Source: Gammaproteobacteria bacterium (GTDB lineage Bacteria > Pseudomonadota > Gammaproteobacteria > JBCCGL01). From it: a stretch of 64,000 nt of DNA. The notes under the pieces were generated by a model. It had not been told where the DNA came from, did no database searches, and saw nothing but the letters and a program-made list of their open reading frames with translations. This document shows positions 1 through 8,937 of this stretch, piece after piece. The stretch lies in the NCBI GenBank assembly GCA_965277715.1, contig OZ255836.1, forward strand, positions 1,344,001-1,408,000, read 5' to 3'. The position numbers were made by a program, and so were the translations under genes. Each line of letters opens with the position of its first letter. The first letter of the stretch is position 1.

Positions 1-98
1 TTTTCGATCAGTTCCTTGGCGACGGCACCAGGGCGCTCAATCACCTCGCCGGCGGCAATTTGATTGATTAGTTGGTCGGGAAGCAGCTGGATAGGCAT
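1..98 (-). CDS. mutL: DNA mismatch repair protein MutL, N-terminus (runs off window)
   Basis: Manual translation [32 protein letters not shown] is the MutL N-terminal signature; lies downstream of tsaE-amidase as in the conserved locus. Confidence 0.95.
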   Translation of the reverse strand, partial: MPIQLLPDQLINQIAAGEVIERPGAVAKELIE

Positions 99-414
99 AT
101 GGTGATTTTACCTTAAGAAACACGGTTCCATCACTGTATTTAGCCTGGCTTAGGGAGTGTGTAAGGAATTGTGAGGGTTCGCTCGTGATGTTTGGGGGTT
201 TTCTTTACACTTTACAGAACTAAGCTAACGCTCCCCGGTAACTGCCCCTGTGTTGCTCTATACCCTGTATCCCTAGTCGTCGGCAATTGCTCCTCATTGC
301 GACTTGCCAGTGCATGGCATGGCTCAATGCCAATCTCACTCAGGTAATTAGAACGCTCCTAATTTAGGCTCACGGATATCAACAACAGAGGCGCAAGCCT
401 TACGCCACTAATAA

Positions 415-1671
415 TTAACCAACGTTTATTTTGCTTTTGCCCGATAAAATCGTGCCAGGTGGTGCTTGTTTTTTAAAGTACTGCCCGACACCTTTGGCTA
501 TCGCCTTGGCGAGTTTCTCCTGGTAACTTTTGGTGCGCAGTTTTTTTTCTTCGCTAGGATTCGATATAAAGGCTATTTCTATCAGAATGGATGGGATATC
601 AGGCGACTTCAATACAGCAAATCCCGCCTGCTCAACTTTACGTTTATGCACTTTGCCTACTTTGCCAAGGTTTTTCAGCACAACTCTGCCTACATCGAGG
701 CTGGATTGAATGGTCGCGCTCTGGGCAAGATCAAGCAGTATCTCGGCCACTACATCACTGCGATTGCGGATCGATACGCCACCAAATAAATCAGCGGCAT
801 TTTCTTTATCTGCCAGCCACTGAGCCGCTTCAGACGTTGCACCACGATTCGATAATGAATAAACCGATGCACCACTGGCACGCGCATCGCGAAACGCATC
901 GGCGTGTAATGAAATAAATAAATCGGCTTTGTTTTTTCGTGCAATGCGAATCCGCTCACGCAAGCTGACAAATACATCCCGGTTGCGGATGAGTACAGGC
1001 TTTATACCGTGTACTTTATCGAGTGACTTTTTCAAGCGCTTGGCCACAGCCAGCGTGATGTCTTTCTCACGTGTGCGACTACGCCCACTGGCACCAGGGT
1101 CTTTGCCGCCGTGCCCGGCATCGATAGCGACAACGACATCACGCAGTGGTTTGGTTTGTTTCGATTGCTTTGCTGCCGCCTCACCACCAGCTTTGCTGGC
1201 AAGCTGGGTTGCCTGATCAAACAGGTCGATAACCAATCGGTGCCCACTATTGCCATCGGGTGTTAACAGAAAACTCTTACTGGTAACTTTATCTTGTAAT
1301 TCGAGCACGATACGTAAATCGTTGCCATTCCTACGCGCACTGCGAATACTTTTAATCGGGCCGCCCTTTACCAGTTTAGGCAAACCACCCTTAAATGAAG
1401 CATCGTAGATATCAATGACAACCCGCTGTGGTTTGCTCAGGGTAAATAAGGAATGCTTAATCGAGTGGTCTATATCCAGTACCAAACGGGTTCTGGCGTC
1501 ATTGGTCGCTAAACGGATGGCATGAATTTTCGACTGACCAGCCGCATACGCTGCTGGCAATCCAGTTATAGCAGCCAGCCCCAATACCCTGGCGGATCCC
1601 CAGGCCAGGTAACGAAAAAAATCCCTTCTATTCACCAGTTTATTGGACAACTTCATCACGCGTTTACACAC
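415..1671 (-). CDS. N-acetylmuramoyl-L-alanine amidase (AMIN + Amidase_3), Tat-exported; start may be 1656
   Basis: NRRDFF twin-Arg signal, AMIN-like domain, IDAGHGGKDPGA, SLHADA, SILIEIAFISN motifs; tsaE-ami-mutL synteny. Confidence 0.93.
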   Translation of the reverse strand: MCKRVMKLSNKLVNRRDFFRYLAWGSARVLGLAAITGLPAAYAAGQSKIHAIRLATNDARTRLVLDIDHSIKHSLFTLSKPQRVVIDIYDASFKGGLPKLVKGGPIKSIRSARRNGNDLRIVLELQDKVTSKSFLLTPDGNSGHRLVIDLFDQATQLASKAGGEAAAKQSKQTKPLRDVVVAIDAGHGGKDPGASGRSRTREKDITLAVAKRLKKSLDKVHGIKPVLIRNRDVFVSLRERIRIARKNKADLFISLHADAFRDARASGASVYSLSNRGATSEAAQWLADKENAADLFGGVSIRNRSDVVAEILLDLAQSATIQSSLDVGRVVLKNLGKVGKVHKRKVEQAGFAVLKSPDIPSILIEIAFISNPSEEKKLRTKSYQEKLAKAIAKGVGQYFKKQAPPGTILSGKSKINVG

Positions 1672-1767
1672 AACCTATTTACACCACTACAAAACTGTAG
1701 ACCTTATCGAAGAATATATCAACTATTTTCTATACAAAATAACAACATAGCGTATATAGTTAATGTG

Positions 1768-2214
1768 TTACATAGAATTTTTAACAACATCAATACATTG
1801 ATCAGACAAGCGCCCCGAAAAATGAACCCACCGGGCCTCACCGACATATTCAATAGTGACCTCCAAATCCGGGTCAGACAGTACACCCGCCCCCTTGTCC
1901 GGCCATTCGACAAAGCAAATGGACTCGTCAGAGAGGTAATCCCTTATACCTAAAAACTCCAGCTCCTCCGGGTCGGCAAGCCGGTATAGATCAAAGTGGT
2001 GGTATACCACCTCATTGATAGAGTAGCTTTCGACCAAGGTATAAGTGGGGCTTTTAACCGCCTGCTGCCATCCTAGCCCCCGCAAAATACCCCGCACCAA
2101 TGTGGTTTTACCCGCCCCCAGGTCACCGTGTAAAAAAATAAGCACTGGAGCAAAAAACTGAGCACCCAGTAACGCCCCCAGCCGTTCCATCACCGTACAG
2201 TTGGGAATTCTCAT
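1768..2214 (-). CDS. tsaE: tRNA threonylcarbamoyladenosine biosynthesis ATPase TsaE
   Basis: GDLGAGKTT, VKSPTYTLVESY, HFDLYRL, VEWP motifs. Confidence 0.96.
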   Translation of the reverse strand: MRIPNCTVMERLGALLGAQFFAPVLIFLHGDLGAGKTTLVRGILRGLGWQQAVKSPTYTLVESYSINEVVYHHFDLYRLADPEELEFLGIRDYLSDESICFVEWPDKGAGVLSDPDLEVTIEYVGEARWVHFSGRLSDQCIDVVKNSM

Positions 2215-2258
2215 GCCTACAAAATCAACAGATGCCTATATGGTTCAACACGGCCCAT

Positions 2259-3284
2259 TCACCTCGAATACATAAATTGAGGCATATCTATAGGCATTAG
2301 CAATTTCAATGCCGATGCAAAACTGACACCCAACTGCTTGGAAAGTTGATCGACAAAGGTATCCTGTGGGTTAAATGAGACGATATTTTCAACACCTATT
2401 ACTTCCCGCGCAACATAGGATTGATTCGCCAGCGCATCCACCAGACCGTTGTCCACTCCTTGCTGTCCTGTCCAGATCAATCCACTGAACAATGCCGGAT
2501 CAGACGACAAACGATCACCACGCCCGGTTTTAACCACATGAGTGAATTGTGCGTGGATATTGTCGAGCAAGGTTTGCACATGCTGTTTTTCAGCGACATT
2601 TTCTGGCAAAAATGGATCCAGCAATGCCTTGCTTTCCCCAGAGGTTAGCAGGCGGCGCTCCACACCTACTTTCTCCATCAATCCGGTAAACCCAAACCCA
2701 TCCATGCGCACACCGATGGAACCGACAATACTGGCTTTATCGGCATAGATTTTATCCGCCGCTGCCGCCACGTAATAACCACCTGAGGCACAGATATCAC
2801 CCAGCACTGCATACACTGGTGTTTCAGGGTATTTCTCTTTGAAGCGTATTATCTCATCGTAAATGATCCCCGCCTGTACCGGGCTGCCACCAGGGCTATT
2901 AATGTTGAGAATAATCCCAGCGGTTTGTGCATCTTCAAAAGCGGCACGTACACTGCCAATGATACGTGCAGCACTCGCTTCATTTTCCGATGAAATCACA
3001 CCGTGCACATCGATCAGTGCGGCGAATTTATCAGTGCCGCCACTTGAGGTATCCAGAAATTCGGTGCGCATAAAAGCAAACAACACAATGCTGATATAGG
3101 CAAAGGTCAGTAGTTTAAAAAAGATACCCCAGCGACGCGACCGGCGCTGTTCTTTTAATGCCGATGTGGCCAGTTCGCGAATCAGTGTCGACTCCCACCC
3201 CGGTGGCTGCTTTGAAACAACCGGGCCATCAGTCCAGGGGTTGGTGTTTGGATTGGCATGTTGACCATTGTTGTTATCTGACAT
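2259..3284 (-). CDS. S49 family signal peptide peptidase (short SppA-type)
   Basis: INSPGGSP, CASGGYY, SIVGSIGV motifs; single N-terminal TM; follows rluC. Confidence 0.92.
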   Translation of the reverse strand: MSDNNNGQHANPNTNPWTDGPVVSKQPPGWESTLIRELATSALKEQRRSRRWGIFFKLLTFAYISIVLFAFMRTEFLDTSSGGTDKFAALIDVHGVISSENEASAARIIGSVRAAFEDAQTAGIILNINSPGGSPVQAGIIYDEIIRFKEKYPETPVYAVLGDICASGGYYVAAAADKIYADKASIVGSIGVRMDGFGFTGLMEKVGVERRLLTSGESKALLDPFLPENVAEKQHVQTLLDNIHAQFTHVVKTGRGDRLSSDPALFSGLIWTGQQGVDNGLVDALANQSYVAREVIGVENIVSFNPQDTFVDQLSKQLGVSFASALKLLMPIDMPQFMYSR

Positions 3285-3361
3285 TAGTAACTCCGTAGCG
3301 TACTTCACAATGTGGTGAGACTATCATAGACTCAATTATCGGCAACCAGCGTATCGATGCT

Positions 3362-4303
3362 TTAAATTTTCAAAACGGCAAGAAAACCAAGTAACTCTTC
3401 CGGCAAAGGGCATTCAACCGATATACGTTGGTGGTACTCAAACTCGAGTGTCGACGCGTGTAAAAACAACCGCTTTAACCCACGTTGGCGAACCGACTGA
3501 TTGAATGATTTGTCGCCATAGCGGGTATCGCCAGCCAGTGGGTGGCCGCCGTACTGAGCGTGTACGCGTATCTGGTGTGTACGCCCTGTTTCAATCGAAA
3601 CCCGCACCAGCGAAGCATCGGCATAGCGTTCGATGGGATAAAAATGGCTGATGGCAGGCTTGCCAGCCGTATCGACCACGACCATACGCTCGCCACTTTG
3701 CAGGGTATTTTTTAACAAGGGTGCTTCGATAATGTGTGTTTCATCGGGCCAGCGGCCACAGCTCAAAGCCAGATAGTGCTTATTAATGCTACGCGAACGA
3801 AACAAATCCTGAACCTGTAACAGTGCCTGGCGATTTTTAGCGATCAATAGGCAACCACTGGTGTCACGATCAAGCCGATGCACCAACGACCAGTTACCTG
3901 CATCCGTACGCATCGCTTTTAAAACATCGATTACCCCCCACTCCACACCACTGCCACGGTGTACAGAAATACCGGCAGGTTTATCAATGACCACCAGTTG
4001 TTCGTCTTCATAAATAATCCGGCCAGCAAATACCCTTAACCAATAATCCGGTATATCAGACGCATTGCGCGTGGCAACTCTCAGTGGCGGTATCCGCACC
4101 TTATCACCCAGTTGAAGCTTGTAAACTGGCTTGGTGCGTTTACCATTAACGCGCACTCGCCCCTTTCGTATAAGTTTGTACAGCAGGCTGCGCGGCACAC
4201 CTTTTAAACGGCTAAGCAGAAAATTATCGACACGCTGGCCGTTATTTGATGCCCCGACCACTTCGATAGCAAGTTGTTGTTTTATATCTAAATCACTTTC
4301 CAC
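3362..4303 (-). CDS. rluC: 23S rRNA pseudouridine synthase RluC
   Basis: S4 domain (GQRVDNFL), HRLDRDTSG, GRTHQIRVH; divergent from rne. Confidence 0.93.
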   Translation of the reverse strand: MESDLDIKQQLAIEVVGASNNGQRVDNFLLSRLKGVPRSLLYKLIRKGRVRVNGKRTKPVYKLQLGDKVRIPPLRVATRNASDIPDYWLRVFAGRIIYEDEQLVVIDKPAGISVHRGSGVEWGVIDVLKAMRTDAGNWSLVHRLDRDTSGCLLIAKNRQALLQVQDLFRSRSINKHYLALSCGRWPDETHIIEAPLLKNTLQSGERMVVVDTAGKPAISHFYPIERYADASLVRVSIETGRTHQIRVHAQYGGHPLAGDTRYGDKSFNQSVRQRGLKRLFLHASTLEFEYHQRISVECPLPEELLGFLAVLKI

Positions 4304-5063
4304 TAATAGTACACCGTCTACCTTATATTGACGGGTTCAGCGCAACACCCAACAAAATTAATTAATTTTACACGAAGGGTTAACCCACAAGCGCCCCAGA
4401 ACTGCGTTGTTTTTACTCACCATAGACCACTGTGACTGCGCAAAAACGCCTTGCTCTGACACGCTTGTGGGCTAACTGAACCCGACAATATAAGGTAGAC
4501 GGTGTACCAGGGTCTTGCAAGCGTAGGATCGGCCACCCAGATTGTCTAACAACAATATTGGTGCTATAGTCAAGTCTTACTGGATATTCCATCCTGGTGA
4601 AACAGTTCCATTGTGAATCGCGTATTTTACGCCCATCACACAAAGCATGTAACACGCAAGACGCTAATCTCTCCAGTAAAGTACAACCCTCAAGAGGCAC
4701 CAGTATCCAGTTCGTCTGATTCTCTTGAATAAGCTATTGAACAAATTTTTTTGGGGCTGCCCAGTGAAATAACGCAGCGCCATGTAATGAACGAAACACT
4801 GTGTGTTTCGCACGCCCTGTCGGCAGCTGTAGAGATGCAACCAATCGCCTCTCCATCGCTCTGTACAGAGGCGTAACAGTATAACGCCATTTAAACACTG
4901 AACCTTACCGACACTAAACATAAAGGTCGAATTCGATTGCATAACATGACTTCATTCGTCATCAATATTATCGCCTTAATCACTGGCAGCCTTGATATTG
5001 CTACCCGGTTAAGCAACGCTTCGAATCCCGTGGCGGTGAGACTTTTTACGGAAACAATCTCAC

Positions 5064-7637
5064 ATGAAAAGAATGTTAATCAATGCAACCCAGCCCGAAG
5101 AGCTGCGCGTTGCAATCGTCGATGGGCAACGCCTCGATAACCTCGATATAGAGCACAACACACACGAGCAAAAAAAATCCAATATTTATAAAGCCACTGT
5201 CACCCGTGTCGAACCCAGTCTTGAGGCGGCATTTGTTGAATACGGTGCAGACCGGCATGGCTTTCTCCCCTTTAAGGAAATAGCCCGCGAATACCTCAGT
5301 GAGGCAGCGTTTAAAGAGGGGGGGCGACCATCGGTCAAGGACGGGCTATCTGAAGGTACTGAGCTGATTGTTCAGATCGAAAAGGAAGAGCGTGGCAATA
5401 AAGGCGCTGCACTCACTACCTTTGTCAGCCTGGCGGGCCGCTACCTCGTTGTCATGCCAAACAATCCCCGTGCCGGTGGCGTCTCACGCCGAATCGAAGG
5501 TGAAGACCGCAACGAGCTACGCGATGCGATGCGCGACCTGGTTTTACCCGAAGGTATGGGTGTTATCGTGCGCACTGCCGGCGTTGGTAAGTCGACCGAA
5601 GAGCTGCAATGGGATCTCGATTATCAAGCGGAAATCTGGCGCGCAATAAAAACAGCCTGTGATGAAAAACCCGCCCCTTTCCTGATCTACCAGGAAAGCA
5701 ATGTCATTATCCGTGCACTGCGCGATAACTTTAGCAACGACATTGGCGAAATACTGATCGATGAGGCATCGATCTACGCAGACGCGCAAAAATTTATTCA
5801 ACAGTGCATGCCCACTAACGCCAAAAAACTCAAACACTACCAAGAGTCGGTGCCACTGTTTAACCGCTTTCAAATCGAAGCACAAATCGAATCGGCCTTT
5901 CAGCGTGAAGTACGCCTGCCCTCTGGTGGTGCCATCGTGATCGATCACACCGAGGCACTGGTATCGATCGACGTCAATTCGGCCCGCGCCACCAAAGGCA
6001 GCGATATAGAAGAAACCGCCACCAATACCAACCTCGAAGCCGCCGATGAAGTCGCACGGCAATTGCGCCTACGCGATCTGGGCGGCCTGGTGGTTATCGA
6101 CTTCATTGACATGATGGCCAATAAAAACCAACGGGCGGTGGAAAACCGCCTGCGTGACGCGTTAAAGATAGACCGTGCACGGGTACAGACCAACCGCATT
6201 TCCAAGTTTGGGTTGATGGAAATGTCACGACAACGGCTGCGCCCATCACTGGGGGAATCCACCCAGATTGTCTGCCCTCGTTGTTCCGGGCACGGATCAA
6301 TTCGCAGTATCGAGTCCCTGGCATTGTCAGTATTACGACTGATGGAAGAAGAGTCCATGAAGGAAAATACCGGGCGGGTTGTCGCCCAGGTGCCGATCGA
6401 TGTCGCCAGTTATCTGCTCAATGAAAAACGCGAAAATATTGCCGAAATCGAATCGCGCAATACGATCCATTTATTGGTAGTGCCCAACCCTTCACTGGAA
6501 CTCCCTCATTTCAACATTGAGCGTATTCGCAATAGCGAAACCAACCACGATGCCTATGAAAAGAGCAGTTATGAGCTGGCCTTTGACCCTGACACCCCCT
6601 ATATGCCCCCCGAACCTACCCGGGCCAGCGAGGTAGAGGCGGCCGCTGTCAGTACACTGGTGCCAAGCTCCCCGGCTCCTACCCGTGAAAAAGTGGATAC
6701 GCCTTCACTCGGTGAAAGCAAGGGAATCCTCGCTGCGCTTTTTGCCTGGTTATTCGGCGGTGACAAACAGACACAAGCCGCTAATGACGAACAAAAAAAG
6801 CCCACAAGAGGTAATCAATCGCAGCGCTCACGCCAACGTTCAAACGCCTCACAGCGCGGTAACAATTCGCGCCGACGCGACAGGGACCAAGTGCGCAATA
6901 ATAGAAACACAGGCAATCACCCACGCAACCAACAGGCTGCGGCCAATAATCGCAGTGATAATACCAACAACGGGCAAAACACCAGTGCAGATGCGGTCAG
7001 CGATAAAAATGAACGCGCACAATCAACAGCCGACGACAAAGACAATAACGGCCAACGCCGCTCAAAACGAGGCGGTACACGCCGCCGCCGTTCCAATAAT
7101 GCACGCAAGCCCCGCCAAGAAGAAGGCAGTGAAAACACCATCGAAGAGAATGGTGGTTCACAACAAACACAGGCTGCAACAACAGAACCTTCGGTTAGTA
7201 ATGCAGCGCCCGAGCCGACACCACCACAACACCGTAGCAATGGCCACAATGGCAATGTGTCACCCAAACAATTGAGTGACTACAAAAGCACCGTGCGTTC
7301 GCTCGCCAATGAAACCAGCGCCAGTCACACCGAAAATAGCAACACAGGGAGTGCCGGTGTTGATGCCAGCCCCTCAAGCGTGTCGGCGGCTCCTGCGGCT
7401 GTTACAAACATAGTACCAACACCTGCTCCGGCCACCTCCACATCGGATACGCCTACTGCAAACAAACCGGCTACTGACAACGTTGGGCAAAATAACGCAA
7501 AGAGTGAATCAGCGCAGACAAGCCCCGTCGCACCGCCAAAACCAGTGGCAACGGAACCCGTAAAAGCGGCCGCTGCCAACGCCCCCCAGCCTCAATCAAA
7601 AACCACCCCAACAGAGGCACCCAGCGAAAGTACCTAA
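5064..7637 (+). CDS. rne: Ribonuclease E
   Basis: [17 protein letters not shown] start, DFIDM, CPRCSG Zn link, Arg-rich/low-complexity C-terminal scaffold. Confidence 0.98.
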   Translation: MKRMLINATQPEELRVAIVDGQRLDNLDIEHNTHEQKKSNIYKATVTRVEPSLEAAFVEYGADRHGFLPFKEIAREYLSEAAFKEGGRPSVKDGLSEGTELIVQIEKEERGNKGAALTTFVSLAGRYLVVMPNNPRAGGVSRRIEGEDRNELRDAMRDLVLPEGMGVIVRTAGVGKSTEELQWDLDYQAEIWRAIKTACDEKPAPFLIYQESNVIIRALRDNFSNDIGEILIDEASIYADAQKFIQQCMPTNAKKLKHYQESVPLFNRFQIEAQIESAFQREVRLPSGGAIVIDHTEALVSIDVNSARATKGSDIEETATNTNLEAADEVARQLRLRDLGGLVVIDFIDMMANKNQRAVENRLRDALKIDRARVQTNRISKFGLMEMSRQRLRPSLGESTQIVCPRCSGHGSIRSIESLALSVLRLMEEESMKENTGRVVAQVPIDVASYLLNEKRENIAEIESRNTIHLLVVPNPSLELPHFNIERIRNSETNHDAYEKSSYELAFDPDTPYMPPEPTRASEVEAAAVSTLVPSSPAPTREKVDTPSLGESKGILAALFAWLFGGDKQTQAANDEQKKPTRGNQSQRSRQRSNASQRGNNSRRRDRDQVRNNRNTGNHPRNQQAAANNRSDNTNNGQNTSADAVSDKNERAQSTADDKDNNGQRRSKRGGTRRRRSNNARKPRQEEGSENTIEENGGSQQTQAATTEPSVSNAAPEPTPPQHRSNGHNGNVSPKQLSDYKSTVRSLANETSASHTENSNTGSAGVDASPSSVSAAPAAVTNIVPTPAPATSTSDTPTANKPATDNVGQNNAKSESAQTSPVAPPKPVATEPVKAAAANAPQPQSKTTPTEAPSEST

Positions 7638-7641
7638 AATA

Positions 7642-7693
7642 GAAGGGTGAAAGGTGAAGAGTAAGGGGGCGAAAATTTCACCTTTCACCTTTC
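7642..7693. terminator. Inverted repeat between convergent rne and Ubi monooxygenase, probable bidirectional terminator
   Basis: gaagggtgaaaggtgaa ... ttcacctttcacctttc, 17-bp arms built from GGTGAAA heptamers. Confidence 0.55.
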
Positions 7694-8912
7694 AAACCAA
7701 AGGTATCCCGTGCGCCAACTTTGGCAAATCACCCGCCACTCCCGAGGCATAACGCATACAAAAATGGTTAACCGGTGCCACTTTATCAGCAATCGTCAGC
7801 ATCGCATTGCGCGCCGTATGTACAATCCAGGGCTGGGGTTTAAACGCCCGATAAAACCCATCGAGCATTGTTTGTATCATCTGATTATGCCCTTTGCGCC
7901 AGCGTTCATAACGACGCAGTGGTAACAGTAAACCAGCATCTTTACTATTAGCGCTGTCGATCAACACTTCCGCCAATGTCGCGGCATCCAACAACCCCAA
8001 GTTGACCCCCTGCCCCGCAAGTGGATGAACCGTGTGGGCAGCATCACCGACCAACGCAATACGCGGTTTTACATACTGCCTGGCATGGCTGTGTGCGAGT
8101 GGGAAGCTCCCCCGGCCAACCAGGGATGTAATAGCGCCCAATCGGTCGGGAAACTGTTGTTGCAATGCATCAATAAACACGGTATCCGCTACAGACTTTA
8201 AACGTGCGACCTCTTCTGGGGTGTTGTACCAGACCACCGAACCATAATGCCCACACAAGGGTAAAAATGCCTCCGGGCCAGTGGGCATAAAACGCTGCCA
8301 AGTAATATCCTGCTGTGGCAATGCCGTCTCAACGGTAGCGACCAGTGCATGTTGATCCGGGTACTTAGCCCCCTGTGTTTCGATACCTGACAAGGCTCGC
8401 ACCTTCGAATTCCCGCCATCGGCGCCAACGGCTAAACCAGCCGTTATTTCACCGCCACCCTGCAAGACAAGCCGGGTATGCCGCTCACTCACATACATAT
8501 TTTCAATGCGAGAAGACGGCAGAAAATCGACATTATCAAATTGTTGAAGCCGCTCACACAGTGCAATTTGCAGCACATGATTTTCGACAATATGCCCTAG
8601 TTCAGGTTGTGCTATATCGGCGCTGTCGAATAATGTCTGGCCATTATTTTGACCATCCCACACCAACATACGCCGATAAGGACAGGCACGGCGCGCTATA
8701 ATCCCTTGCCAGGCACCTACCGCTTTTAACATCGACTGCGAAGCCACACTTAGCGCCGAAACACGTAAAGCACAGTGGCCACCCGCATCGAATACGGGTA
8801 GCTCAGCCGCCTCAAGTACCGCCACACGAAAGCGTGAGTTGCCCAGCGCACAGGCTAACATACCGCCCACCATACCACCGCCAACAATGGCAATATCGTA
8901 GTATTGATTCAT
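7692..8912 (-). CDS. UbiH/UbiI/UbiF-family FAD-dependent ubiquinone hydroxylase
   Basis: GGGMVG, RVSALS, GADG, LVGDAAHTVHPLAGQGVNLG motifs. Confidence 0.92.
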   Translation of the reverse strand: MNQYYDIAIVGGGMVGGMLACALGNSRFRVAVLEAAELPVFDAGGHCALRVSALSVASQSMLKAVGAWQGIIARRACPYRRMLVWDGQNNGQTLFDSADIAQPELGHIVENHVLQIALCERLQQFDNVDFLPSSRIENMYVSERHTRLVLQGGGEITAGLAVGADGGNSKVRALSGIETQGAKYPDQHALVATVETALPQQDITWQRFMPTGPEAFLPLCGHYGSVVWYNTPEEVARLKSVADTVFIDALQQQFPDRLGAITSLVGRGSFPLAHSHARQYVKPRIALVGDAAHTVHPLAGQGVNLGLLDAATLAEVLIDSANSKDAGLLLPLRRYERWRKGHNQMIQTMLDGFYRAFKPQPWIVHTARNAMLTIADKVAPVNHFCMRYASGVAGDLPKLAHGIPLV

Positions 8913-8937
8913 AAGGTTTGTTTAGTGCTATCTCTAT

